From: an uncultured Holophagaceae bacterium
GTDB taxonomy: Bacteria; Acidobacteriota; Holophagae; Holophagales; Holophagaceae
DNA length: 43,567 bases
NCBI GenBank assembly: GCA_903890595.1
Contig: CAITBU010000053.1
Coordinates: 1-43,567 of the forward strand
Direction: 5' to 3'
The position numbers were made by a program, and so were the translations under genes. How positions within the stretch are numbered: position 1 is the first letter of the stretch; every line of letters starts with the position of its first letter. This document shows, one piece after another, positions 17,387 through 26,690 of this stretch. Under the pieces are notes generated by a model. It ran no database searches and had not been told where the DNA came from. It worked only from the letters and a program-made list of their open reading frames with translations.

Positions 17387-18730
17387 ATGCCCAACCAGTC
17401 GAACCAGGGTCCGAACGCCAGCGCCACCTTTCCTGCCGTCTTCTGGGTGGCCAATGTTCTGGAGATGCTGGAGCGGGCTGCATTCTATGGCTTCTATATC
17501 GCCATCACGCTCTATCTCACCGACCTGGTGGGGTTCAGTGACCGGGAGACGGGCGTCGTGGCAGGCCTGTTCGTGGGCCTGCTCTACTTTTTGACCCCCT
17601 TCGTCGGCGCCCTGTCGGACCGGTTGGGGTTTCGCAAGGCGCTGATCATGGCCTTCGCCCTGCTGACCGTGGGCTACACGCTGCTCGGCTTGTTTACCGC
17701 CAAGCTTCCAGCCGTCCTCTCGCTCATCGTCATCGCCGTTGGCAGCTCGTTCATCAAGCCGGTGGTGACGGGAATGATCGCGAAGACGGTTTCCGAGGCG
17801 AATCGCGCCCGAGGTTACGCCCTCTTCTACTGGGTGGTGAACATCGGCTCCTTCGGCGGTAAGACCTTCGTCCCGTTTATCCGCCTCGGGGCCGGGCTGC
17901 AGTATGTCAATTTTTTCGCCGCGGCCATGTGTCTGGTCGCGCTCCTGGGGGCCGTGATTTGGTTCCGCCCCGAGGCTGAAGTGACGCGCGGGAAGACCCT
18001 TGGAGAGGTGGCCCGTTCCCTCCAGAAGGTGGTCCGGACCCCCCGGCTCATCCTCTTCATTCTCATTATCTCGGGGTTCTGGACCACCCAATATCAGCTC
18101 TACGCAACCATGCCGAAATACGTCATCCGGTTGCTGGGAGCCTCCTCTCGGCCGGAATGGATCGCCAATATCAACCCACTGATTGTCGTGATGTTCGTGG
18201 TCCTGATCACCCGCCTGATGCAGCGGAGAAAAGCCGTTACGTCCATCTTTGTTGGCATGCTGCTGGTGCCTGCGGCGGCCCTGTTGATCGCACTGGGGCC
18301 CGCCCTCCAGTCTGTGGTCGGACCGAAGATCCTGATCCCTGGGGTGGGCTCTGTGCACCCCATGGTGCTCATGCTGGTGCTGGGGATCATGCTCCAGGGG
18401 TTCGCAGAGAGCTTTATCTCACCGCGCTACCTGGAATATTTTTCCCTTCAATCACCCAAGGGGGAGGAGGGCGCTTATCTCGGCTTCGCCTATCTCTACT
18501 CCTTCTTTGCGGCCGTGATCGGCTTTGCGCTTTCCGGGTTTTTATTAGACAAGTACTGTCCTGATCCAAAGATCCTTCCAGCGGGTCTCAGCAGCGTAGA
18601 GCGCGCAGCCTACTACCAGAATGCGCATCACATCTGGTACTACTTCATCGCCATCGGCATCCTGACAGCCTTGGCCCTCCTGGTGTTTGCGCGGGTCACG
18701 GCACGTCGCGAAAGCTCTACCTCAGCCTGA
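17387..18730 (+). CDS. MFS transporter, POT/PTR peptide-transporter-like
   Basis: EMLERAAFYG (ExxER motif), GALSDRLGFRK, FIKP, FYWVVNIGS; multiple hydrophobic helices; AAGGAG RBS. Confidence 0.88.
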   Translation: MPNQSNQGPNASATFPAVFWVANVLEMLERAAFYGFYIAITLYLTDLVGFSDRETGVVAGLFVGLLYFLTPFVGALSDRLGFRKALIMAFALLTVGYTLLGLFTAKLPAVLSLIVIAVGSSFIKPVVTGMIAKTVSEANRARGYALFYWVVNIGSFGGKTFVPFIRLGAGLQYVNFFAAAMCLVALLGAVIWFRPEAEVTRGKTLGEVARSLQKVVRTPRLILFILIISGFWTTQYQLYATMPKYVIRLLGASSRPEWIANINPLIVVMFVVLITRLMQRRKAVTSIFVGMLLVPAAALLIALGPALQSVVGPKILIPGVGSVHPMVLMLVLGIMLQGFAESFISPRYLEYFSLQSPKGEEGAYLGFAYLYSFFAAVIGFALSGFLLDKYCPDPKILPAGLSSVERAAYYQNAHHIWYYFIAIGILTALALLVFARVTARRESSTSA

Positions 18731-18771
18731 GGCTCTCCTGACCTTCAGTTCTCTTCTTGGAGCACAGAAGC

Positions 18772-21700
18772 ATGCGCTACGCCCGCATCCTGCCATTCCT
18801 CTTCATGCCCTTGGTGGTTGCCGCCCTCGAGCGGCCCATGCGCCTGCCCCAGGACCCCAGCCTTAGCCCCGATGGCCGGTCGGCGGTCTTCGCCTGGCAG
18901 GGCGACATCTGGTCGGTTCCCAGCACTGGGGGGAGTGCCACGCGCATCACGTCCCACCTGGCAGACGATTCCCAGCCCAAGGTGAGTCCTGACGGCAAAT
19001 TAGTGGTTTTCGTGTCCAGGCGCACGGGTACGGACCAAGTCTTTCTGGCCCCCATCCAGGGCGGAACGCCCCGCCAGGTGACCTTCGATGGGAACGACAA
19101 GACCCTGGTGGGTTTTACCTCCGACGGTGCCGCTGTGCTGGTGATCGAGGAGCAGGATCTCTCCCCCCACCAGGTCGAGAACCGCCGCCTCTTCAAGGTC
19201 TCCCTCACGGAGCGGAAGGCGCCGGAGCGTCTCTTCGACGCCTCTCTGGATGGCGCGGCCCTGTCTCCTGATGGCACCAAGGTCCTGTTCACGCGGGGGC
19301 GCGCCCCGTGGTGGCGAAAGGGCTACGAGAGCTCCGCCGCCTCTCAGCTCTGGGTGGCGGACGTTGCGGCTCAGCCCGTTACCTACCAGCGCTTGAGTGC
19401 CGACCACCCGCACTTCCAGAACGTCTCGGAGCGCTGGCCCATGTGGTCACCCAACGGGAAGGGCTACTACTTCGTGAGCGAGATCGACGGCATCAATGAG
19501 GTGTACTACCGCAACCTGGATGGCTCGGACCAGCGACGCGTGACCCAGGTGAGCCTGGAAAAGGGTGACGATGGCGTCGTGTTCCCCTCGCTCTCGGGCG
19601 ATGGCAAGACGCTGCTCTTCCGGCGACGCTTCGATCTGATGACAGCCGACACCGCGAACGGCAAGGTTCGTCCGCTCGCCCTGAGCGCCACGGGCGACGA
19701 GGTGGCCGCGCCCCTGGAGCCCCGGACGGACAAGGCCGCCTCGGCCGTGGCTTTCACCAAGGATGGCAAGCAGATGGCCTTTGTGGCCGGAGACGACCTG
19801 TGGGTGATGGACACCATCCTGAAGGAACCCGTTCGCGTCACCCACAATGCCGCCCGGGAAGACAGCCTCGCCTTCAGCCCTGATGGCAAGCGGCTCTACT
19901 TCGTGAGCGAGGCCGGCGGCGAGTCCGATCTCTACGTTGTCGACTGTCCCAGGGAGGACCGAGCCTGGTTCCTGGCCTCCGGCTTCACCCCCAGACCCCT
20001 CACCCGGGACAAGGCTGTGGAGGGTAGCGTCAAGCCCGACCCCACCGGCAGGACCGTCGCCTTCCTCAAGGATCACGATCTCTGGCTGATGAAAGCCGAC
20101 GGCACCGGCGCCCACAAGCTCCTCGACAGCTGGAGCAACATGGACTTCGACTGGAGCCCCGACGGCAAGTGGCTGGTCGTCGCCAAGCAGGACACGCTGT
20201 TCAACAGCGACATCTGGGTGCTGCCGGTGGACGGCAGTCGCCCGCCCTATAACCTCTCCCGACACCCCGACAACGACACCACTCCCCGCTGGAGCCCCGA
20301 CGGCACCCGCATCGCCTTCGTGGGGCACCGGGATGGGGACGAGGCCGACATCTATGTGGTGACGCTCTCCAGGGCCGTGAAGGAAGAAACAGCCAGGGAT
20401 CGGTCCCTTAAGCGAGCCACCGAAGCGCTTCAAAGCCGCCCCGCCCGCCGCGAGGCGACTCCCGCCTCGGCCGACGAGGCCTCGGCTGAGCCCGCAGTCC
20501 GTTCCGCTCGGCCGGTGGGTAAGGATGTGGTGATCGACTTCGAGGGCATTCACGACCGCATCCACCGCCTCCGTTTCTCGGGCAACGAGCGCGACCTGGT
20601 GTGGTCCCCGGACGGCACCCAGCTTGGCTTCACCCACGCGGCCTCGGGCGCTGCCGGGGAAGGCGAGGAAGACCAGCGGGTCAAGCGCCCCGCCGCAACG
20701 CCTGCCCCAGCCAAACCCCAGGCGGCACCCACCGCCCCGCACACGGCACCCGCCGCGCCCGCGGCTTCATCTGCGCCAGCCACCACCACGGGACCAGCCT
20801 TCTTCACCGTCACCTTCCCCGACAAGCTGACCCCGGTCCAGGTGTTCAGCCCGGCCCTCGCCCATCCCAAGTGGGTGGAGGCGAACACCCTGGTGGGAAC
20901 GGCTGTCGGCCTCCCCGCCACACTCGCCATCTCCTCCGCCAAGCGGACCACCTACCCCTTCACGGTCCACTTCACCCGTGACTGGCGGGACTACCGGACG
21001 GCGGTCTTTGATCAGGCCTGGCGCCACATGCGGGACAGCTTCTACGATGGGCACCACAACAACCGCAACTGGGACACGGTGCGCGCCAAGTACCGAGACC
21101 TGGCGGGAGAGTGCCTGGGGAAGAAGGAATTCGAGACCCTGGTTCAGCTGATGCTCGGCGAACTGAATGCCTCCCACCTCGGCTTCTCCAATGCTCCGGA
21201 ATTCCTCCCGGTACCGCCTGCCACGACCGTGCCCGTCCCCACCCCCTTCCAGCTGGGCTTGCGCTTCGATCGCACTGCGAACGGGAGCGGGCTGAAGGTG
21301 GCCAGCGTCATTCCGAACAGTCCCTGCAGCCTACAGCGAAGTCTGGTTCGTCCCGGAGAGACGCTGCTGGCCATCGATGGGGTGAAGGTTGCCCGGGATA
21401 CAGATCTGGCGGGCCTTCTGGCCATGCCGGAGAGCCGGGACCTGCAGCTCACCATCGCCGATGGTGCGGGTCTGGCCCGCCTGGTCACCGTGCGGCCCGT
21501 GGCTTCCGTGAAAGAGCTTCTCTACCCGGAATGGGTCGAAGCGAACCGGGCGGAAGTCGAGCGCCAGAGCGGCGGCAAGCTCGGCTATCTCCACATCAAG
21601 GGCATGAACATGCCGAGCTTCCGCCAGTTCGAGGAGGACCTCTACCACGCTGGCGTCGGCAAGGACGGCCTGGTTATCGATGTGCGCTACAACGGCGGTG

Positions 21701-22182
21701 GGAGTACAGCCGATCATGTGCTCACGGCGCTCACCCAGCCCGTGCATGCGGTGGCCGTGCCGAGGGATGGTCAGGCCGGCTACCCCCAGGACCGCATGGT
21801 CTATGCCACCTGGACCAAACCCATCGTGCTGATGTGCAACGAATACAGCTTCTCCAATGCGGAGATCGTCAGCCACGCCATCAAGACCATCGGCCGGGGT
21901 CGACTGGTGGGCATGCGCACCGCCGGAGGCGTCATCAGCACGGGTGCGTCCACCCTCCAGGACGGCAGCACCCTCCGCATGCCCTACCGGGGCTGGTACC
22001 TTCGCGACACGGGCGCTGATATGGAGCTGAATGGCGCCGAGCCGCACATCGCCCTCTGGAACCGGCTCGGTGGCCCCGATGACCAGCTGACCGCCGCGGT
22101 GAAGGCGCTGGCCGAAGATGTGGCCACGGACAAGGCCAAGCCCCGCCCCCAGCTTGTGAGTGCTGCCGAACTGCGCAAGTAG
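18772..22182 (+). CDS. Tricorn-like S41 peptidase (secreted; PD40/beta-propeller repeats, PDZ, S41 domain)
   Basis: Signal peptide, many (W/F/L)SPDG repeats, GELNASH, GYLHI, IDVRYNGGG, SFSNAE, LVGMRTAGGVI. Confidence 0.92.
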   Translation: MRYARILPFLFMPLVVAALERPMRLPQDPSLSPDGRSAVFAWQGDIWSVPSTGGSATRITSHLADDSQPKVSPDGKLVVFVSRRTGTDQVFLAPIQGGTPRQVTFDGNDKTLVGFTSDGAAVLVIEEQDLSPHQVENRRLFKVSLTERKAPERLFDASLDGAALSPDGTKVLFTRGRAPWWRKGYESSAASQLWVADVAAQPVTYQRLSADHPHFQNVSERWPMWSPNGKGYYFVSEIDGINEVYYRNLDGSDQRRVTQVSLEKGDDGVVFPSLSGDGKTLLFRRRFDLMTADTANGKVRPLALSATGDEVAAPLEPRTDKAASAVAFTKDGKQMAFVAGDDLWVMDTILKEPVRVTHNAAREDSLAFSPDGKRLYFVSEAGGESDLYVVDCPREDRAWFLASGFTPRPLTRDKAVEGSVKPDPTGRTVAFLKDHDLWLMKADGTGAHKLLDSWSNMDFDWSPDGKWLVVAKQDTLFNSDIWVLPVDGSRPPYNLSRHPDNDTTPRWSPDGTRIAFVGHRDGDEADIYVVTLSRAVKEETARDRSLKRATEALQSRPARREATPASADEASAEPAVRSARPVGKDVVIDFEGIHDRIHRLRFSGNERDLVWSPDGTQLGFTHAASGAAGEGEEDQRVKRPAATPAPAKPQAAPTAPHTAPAAPAASSAPATTTGPAFFTVTFPDKLTPVQVFSPALAHPKWVEANTLVGTAVGLPATLAISSAKRTTYPFTVHFTRDWRDYRTAVFDQAWRHMRDSFYDGHHNNRNWDTVRAKYRDLAGECLGKKEFETLVQLMLGELNASHLGFSNAPEFLPVPPATTVPVPTPFQLGLRFDRTANGSGLKVASVIPNSPCSLQRSLVRPGETLLAIDGVKVARDTDLAGLLAMPESRDLQLTIADGAGLARLVTVRPVASVKELLYPEWVEANRAEVERQSGGKLGYLHIKGMNMPSFRQFEEDLYHAGVGKDGLVIDVRYNGGGSTADHVLTALTQPVHAVAVPRDGQAGYPQDRMVYATWTKPIVLMCNEYSFSNAEIVSHAIKTIGRGRLVGMRTAGGVISTGASTLQDGSTLRMPYRGWYLRDTGADMELNGAEPHIALWNRLGGPDDQLTAAVKALAEDVATDKAKPRPQLVSAAELRK

Positions 22183-22260
22183 GCCCCGGCACCGCCTTCG
22201 GGGCGACCAAGGAGATTCCTGGCGTCCACTGGGCGGCCCCGGAGGCCCAGCCTGGGTCGG

Positions 22261-22878
22261 TCAGCCCCGGTCCCGGCGGTCGCCCACGACCACGGCCGGG
22301 ACCCCGGCCACGATGCTCCAGGCGGGCACGTCCCGAGTGACCACGGCGCCCATGGCCACCACGGCGTGGTCCCCGATGGTCACCCCGTCGGTCACGCCGG
22401 CGTTGGCACCGATCCACACATCCTGGCCGAGGGTGATCCCCCGGGAGCGGACCGGCTGATCCCGGATGGCGCGGTCCGGGGCCAGGCCGTGGTCGAAGGC
22501 GTAGAGGACGGCCCCGCTGGCGATGCGGGTGCCGTCGCCGAGGGTGATCCCCTTCCGACCGCCGTCCAGGCGGGCCCCCGCATTGATGCTGACGTCACAG
22601 CCCAGGGTGAGGGGACCGTGGAGAAAGGCCTGGGCCGCTACGGCACAGCGGTCTCCCAGGCGGACGGGTCGGCCTGGCTCGCCGAAGATGGCCGCCTCCG
22701 GGGCGATGAAGCACCCGGTGCCCAGCTCGACGGTCTCCATGGCCAGGAGGCGGGCCTGCACCTCGGCCTGCCAAGCCTCGGCCCAGGCGCGGTTCCGGGG
22801 CTTGAGGACGAAGTAGAGCCAGGGCATCCAGGCCAGTCGGCGCTGGTGCTGCTCTCTCAGGGCCAGGGGATCCCGCAT
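22261..22878 (-). CDS. Hexapeptide-repeat (LbH) acyltransferase
   Basis: ITLGQDVWIGANAGVTDGVTIGDHAVVAMGAVVTRDVP...VAGVPA. Confidence 0.88.
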   Translation of the reverse strand: MRDPLALREQHQRRLAWMPWLYFVLKPRNRAWAEAWQAEVQARLLAMETVELGTGCFIAPEAAIFGEPGRPVRLGDRCAVAAQAFLHGPLTLGCDVSINAGARLDGGRKGITLGDGTRIASGAVLYAFDHGLAPDRAIRDQPVRSRGITLGQDVWIGANAGVTDGVTIGDHAVVAMGAVVTRDVPAWSIVAGVPAVVVGDRRDRG

Positions 22879-22911
22879 GGCGTTATGGTAGCGTCCCCGC
22901 CGCCAGCGGTC

Positions 22912-23451
22912 CTACCGGAGGGCGGCCTCGATGGCGGCCCGAAGCTCAGCGCCACCGGGGGTGACCTTGCTGGGGAAGGCCTTGAGCACTTGCCCATTTC
23001 GGCCCACCAGATACTTGTGGAAGTTCCAGGCGGGCTCACCGTGGTGGGCCGTGAGGAAGCGATACACCGGGGCCTGGGTGGGACCCTTGACGTCCAGCTT
23101 CTCGAAGAGGGGGAAGGACACGCCGTAGTTCTTCTGGCAGAAGGCGCCAATCTGGGCCGGCGTTCCGGGCTCCTGCGCACCGAACTGGTTGCAGGGGAAC
23201 CCCAGCACCACCAGGCCACGGTCCGCATAGTCGGCGTGGAGCTTCTGCAGGCCTTCGTACTGAGGTGTGTAGCCGCACTCGCTGGCCACGTTCACGGCCA
23301 GGACCACCTTGCCCTTGTAGGCAGACAGGGCCAGGGGGTGGCCGTCGAGGGTGTTGAGGGTGAGCTCGTGGAGGGACACGGGGACCTTCCTTTCCTGGGC
23401 GGGCAGGAGCAGGGTGGTGGACAGGATGGCGAGGGCTAGGATCAGGCGCAC
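22912..23451 (-). CDS. Glutathione peroxidase family protein, probably with signal peptide
   Basis: C-terminal part of ORF 22912..24090: VNVASECGYTPQY, LGFPCNQFGAQEPG, WNFHKYLV; GTG 23451 after GGAG (alternatives ATG 23472, GTG 23379). Confidence 0.9.
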   Translation of the reverse strand: MRLILALAILSTTLLLPAQERKVPVSLHELTLNTLDGHPLALSAYKGKVVLAVNVASECGYTPQYEGLQKLHADYADRGLVVLGFPCNQFGAQEPGTPAQIGAFCQKNYGVSFPLFEKLDVKGPTQAPVYRFLTAHHGEPAWNFHKYLVGRNGQVLKAFPSKVTPGGAELRAAIEAALR

Positions 23452-23510
23452 GGGGACTCCAGGCTGTTGCATTGGGTGCCACCCACAGCCCTGCCGTTCC
23501 ACCACCCGGA

Positions 23511-24641
23511 CTACTTGCGCAGCTTGAGCAGGTCCATGACGATCACGAGGAGCATGAGGGAAGCCAGCAGCAGGAAGCCCGCCGTTAGGATCTTTTCCTT
23601 GAGCTCGATGGTGAGGTCTTTGCGGCGCAGCTTCTCGAAGGTCAGCATGGCCATGTGGCCGCCATCCAGGGCCGGGATGGGCAGGGCGTTGAGGATGGCC
23701 AGCTGCAGGCTGATGGCGCCACACATGAACAGGAAGACATCCCAGCCGGTCTTGGCGGCGCGGCTGCCCTGGCGGATGATGCCGATGGGCCCGGACACCT
23801 CGGCGCTGCGGGCCTGGAAGGTGACGAGCTTGCGCAGGAAGCCGAAGACCTGGCCGCTCAGCTGGTAGGACTTGAGCACGGCGTAGCGGCCGCCCTCCAG
23901 GAAGTCTCCGGGGCGATAGGCCCGGCGCTCCAAGGCAAGGGGCACGGGCACGGGCATGAAGCCCAGGCGACCCTTGCCGCCGTCCAGGCGCGGGGTGAGG
24001 GGCAGCTCGAGGGGCTTGCCTTCCCGGGTGATGGAGAACAGCACGGACTCGCCGGGACGGGCCTGGATGTAGCTCACGGCCTCTTCCCACTGGGAGCCAG
24101 GAAAGCGGAGGCTGCCGATGCCGCGCAGCTCGTCGCCAGGCTTGAGGCCACCCTGTTCGGCGGCACCTCCCGGGACGACCTCGACGACGGTCCAGGACTC
24201 CTGGACCTTGATCACCCGGGCCTGGTCGGCACCCACAAAGGTGAAGAGGACGAGGGTGGTGAGCAGGTTGGCCAGGATGCCCCCGCTGTAGAAGAGCATG
24301 CGCTTGCCGTAGGGCTGCTGCAGGAAGCCGTGGGGATCCTCGGCACCGGGTTCCTCAGGGTTGAAGCCCGCCAGCTTCACATAGCCGCCCAGGGGCAGGA
24401 GGCGTAGGCAGACATCGGTCTCCCGCCAATGGAAGCCCAGGAGGCGGGGGCCGAAGCCCAAAGAGAAGGTCTCCACAGGCATGCCCATGTACTTGGCCGC
24501 CAGGAAGTGGCCGCCCTCGTGCAGGAAGATGAGCCCACCGAGCATCAGGATGGGACCCCAGAAGCCGACGCCGGGCAGCTTGAGGGCCACCATGAAGACC
24601 ATGGCGAGGGAGAGGACAAAAGGGAGGCGCTTCATGGACAT
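23511..24641 (-). CDS. rseP: RIP metalloprotease RseP (site-2 protease with PDZ)
   Basis: HEGGH, FSLGFGP, LPLGGYVKL, NALPIPALDGGH; position after dxr. Confidence 0.93.
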   Translation of the reverse strand: MSMKRLPFVLSLAMVFMVALKLPGVGFWGPILMLGGLIFLHEGGHFLAAKYMGMPVETFSLGFGPRLLGFHWRETDVCLRLLPLGGYVKLAGFNPEEPGAEDPHGFLQQPYGKRMLFYSGGILANLLTTLVLFTFVGADQARVIKVQESWTVVEVVPGGAAEQGGLKPGDELRGIGSLRFPGSQWEEAVSYIQARPGESVLFSITREGKPLELPLTPRLDGGKGRLGFMPVPVPLALERRAYRPGDFLEGGRYAVLKSYQLSGQVFGFLRKLVTFQARSAEVSGPIGIIRQGSRAAKTGWDVFLFMCGAISLQLAILNALPIPALDGGHMAMLTFEKLRRKDLTIELKEKILTAGFLLLASLMLLVIVMDLLKLRK

Positions 24642-24650
24642 CCGAAAAGG

Positions 24651-25805
24651 TCAGGTCCGGGTTTGGACCCACCCTTCAGCATGACTCCTTGCGGCCCGAT
24701 CTGCATCCAGCACTTGAAGGAGGGAGCCTACAGGGGCGACCGGGAGGTGGGCGAGGGCCTCGCTGTTGCAGGCCTGGATGTCCCAGAAGCCGATGCGGCC
24801 CTCCAGGAAGGCCGCCACGGCCACTTCGTTGGCGGCATTGAGGATGGCGGGTGCTGTGCCCCCGGCGCGGAGGGCCGCGAAGGCCAGGCCCAGACAGGGG
24901 AAGCGCAGCAGGTCTGGGGCTTCGAAGGTCCAGGTGGCGGGCTGGTCCCAGGGGTAGGCTGGCACGGGCCCCGGCAGCTTCTCGGGGTAGAGCAGGCAGT
25001 ACTGGATGGGCAGCTTCATGTCATTGGCGCAGGCCTGGAGGTGGTAGCTGCCGTCATGAAAGCCCACCATGGCGTGGACCTGGCTCTGGGGGTGCACGGT
25101 GACGGCCACCTGGTCTGGGGTCAGCCCGAACAGGACCGAGGCCTCGATGACCTCCAGGCCCTTGTTCATGAGGGTGGCGCTGTCGATGGTGATCTTGGGC
25201 CCCATCTTCCAGGTGGGGTGGTTGAGGGCCTCGGCCACGGTGGCGGCCTGGATGCGGGCCAGCGGCCAGTCCCGGAAGGGGCCACCGCTGGCGGTGATGC
25301 GAACCTCGCGGATCGTGGCGGGATCGCGGTCCGCCAGCAGCTGATGGAGGGCCGCGTGCTCGCTGTCCACGGGCAGCAGCTCCCCGCCTCCGGCCAGAGC
25401 GGCCTCATGCATGAGGGCCCCGCCCACCACCAGGGACTCCTTGTTGGCAAGGCAGACCCGCCGGCCCCCCCGGAGGGCGGCCTCGGTGCTGGCCAGCCCG
25501 GCGCTGCCCACGATGGCTGCCACCACGGTGTCGGCGTCTGGGTGGAGGGCGCAGGCCAGGAGCCCCTCGGGGCCCCAGTGCAGCTCAGGGCGATAGGAGA
25601 GCTCTCCCCGCAGCCAGTCCGCATCCACCTGGGAGCTTACGGACACGCAGCGGGGGCGGTAGGCCTCGCACTGAGCCTTCAGCAGGTCCCGGTTGCGCCC
25701 CGCTGCCAGGGCCACCACGCGCAGCCGCTCAGGATGGGCCGCCACCACCGCCAGCGTGGCCGTGCCAATGGAGCCTGTGCTCCCGAGAATCGCGAGGTGG
25801 CGCAC
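24651..25805 (-). CDS. dxr: 1-deoxy-D-xylulose-5-phosphate reductoisomerase
   Basis: LGSTGSIG, LANKESLV, PVDSEH, TASGGPF, HPTWKMGPKITIDSATLMNKGLEVIEA, NAANE. Confidence 0.97.
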   Translation of the reverse strand: MRHLAILGSTGSIGTATLAVVAAHPERLRVVALAAGRNRDLLKAQCEAYRPRCVSVSSQVDADWLRGELSYRPELHWGPEGLLACALHPDADTVVAAIVGSAGLASTEAALRGGRRVCLANKESLVVGGALMHEAALAGGGELLPVDSEHAALHQLLADRDPATIREVRITASGGPFRDWPLARIQAATVAEALNHPTWKMGPKITIDSATLMNKGLEVIEASVLFGLTPDQVAVTVHPQSQVHAMVGFHDGSYHLQACANDMKLPIQYCLLYPEKLPGPVPAYPWDQPATWTFEAPDLLRFPCLGLAFAALRAGGTAPAILNAANEVAVAAFLEGRIGFWDIQACNSEALAHLPVAPVGSLLQVLDADRAARSHAEGWVQTRT

Positions 25806-26690
25806 CTAGTTGAAGCCATGGACGAAGTGCACGTAGGCGTAGAGGACGGGGGCGGCGAAGACGAGGCTGTCCAGGCGGTCGAGGATGCCGCCGTGACCGG
25901 GGATGCCGACCCCCACGTGGGAGTCCTTCACGCCGGCGCTGCGCTTCCAGGTGCTCTCCACCAGGTCGCCCAGTTGACCCACGGTGCCCAGGAGCAGGCC
26001 CAGGGCCACCACGTCCACGCCGGACCACTCGGGGCACACCGTGGCTTTCATCAGGAAGGCCCCCAGGAGGTTGCCCCCCAGGTTGCCAGCGGCGCCTTCC
26101 CAGCTCTTCTTGGGGCTGACCCGGCGGGCCAGCTTGTGGCGGCCAAAGGTGCTGCCGACGAAGTAGGCGAGGGTGTCCCCGAACCACGTGATGATGAAGA
26201 GGGCCAGGATGAGGCGGCTGCCGGTCTTGGGCAGGGTGCCTTCCAGCATGAAGAGCTTCTGCTGGAAGCCCAGGCCGAAGCCCAGGTAGAGGGCGCCGAG
26301 CCAGGTGATGGCCTGGCTGGGGAGGGCCTCCTCCAACTTCTCGTCAAAGAAGAGGGCCCCGAAGTGGATCATGAGGCCCGCCCCGGTGATCACCAGCCAG
26401 AGCGGCAGGGGATCCTGGTTGTGGGTGGCGAGGGTGAAGTGGGCCAGGATCGCCCAGGTGGCTAGGACGCCCGTGACCAGGGAGGGGTTGAAGCCCCGGG
26501 CCCGGGCCATGAGGGTCAGCTCTCGGATCCCCATGGCGGCGACCAGGACCATGGTGCCCAGGTAGACCCAGGGTGCCCAGGGGCGGTCGCCGAGCCAGAG
26601 GAGGCTGAAGAAGAAGACCCCAAAGACCAGGGCCGATCCTACCCGGAGGGTGAGGTTCTGGCGGTCCATCTTGGGTGCGGCCTGTTGCAT
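25806..26690 (-). CDS. cdsA: Phosphatidate cytidylyltransferase
   Basis: WFGDTLAYFVG, SPKKSWEG, GDLVESTWKRSAGVKDS, IPGHGGILDRLDS. Confidence 0.95.
   Translation of the reverse strand: MQQAAPKMDRQNLTLRVGSALVFGVFFFSLLWLGDRPWAPWVYLGTMVLVAAMGIRELTLMARARGFNPSLVTGVLATWAILAHFTLATHNQDPLPLWLVITGAGLMIHFGALFFDEKLEEALPSQAITWLGALYLGFGLGFQQKLFMLEGTLPKTGSRLILALFIITWFGDTLAYFVGSTFGRHKLARRVSPKKSWEGAAGNLGGNLLGAFLMKATVCPEWSGVDVVALGLLLGTVGQLGDLVESTWKRSAGVKDSHVGVGIPGHGGILDRLDSLVFAAPVLYAYVHFVHGFN

Noticed and set aside
22190-22210. Small CGCC-TTCG-GGGCG hairpin after the S41 protease
   Set aside because: Short imperfect stem and no U-tract; not supportable as a terminator
23473-24090. N-terminal extension of ORF 22912..24090 suggesting a long peroxidase fusion
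   Set aside because: Overlaps rseP in another frame and is Arg/Pro/Gly-rich nonsense; real start is near 23451
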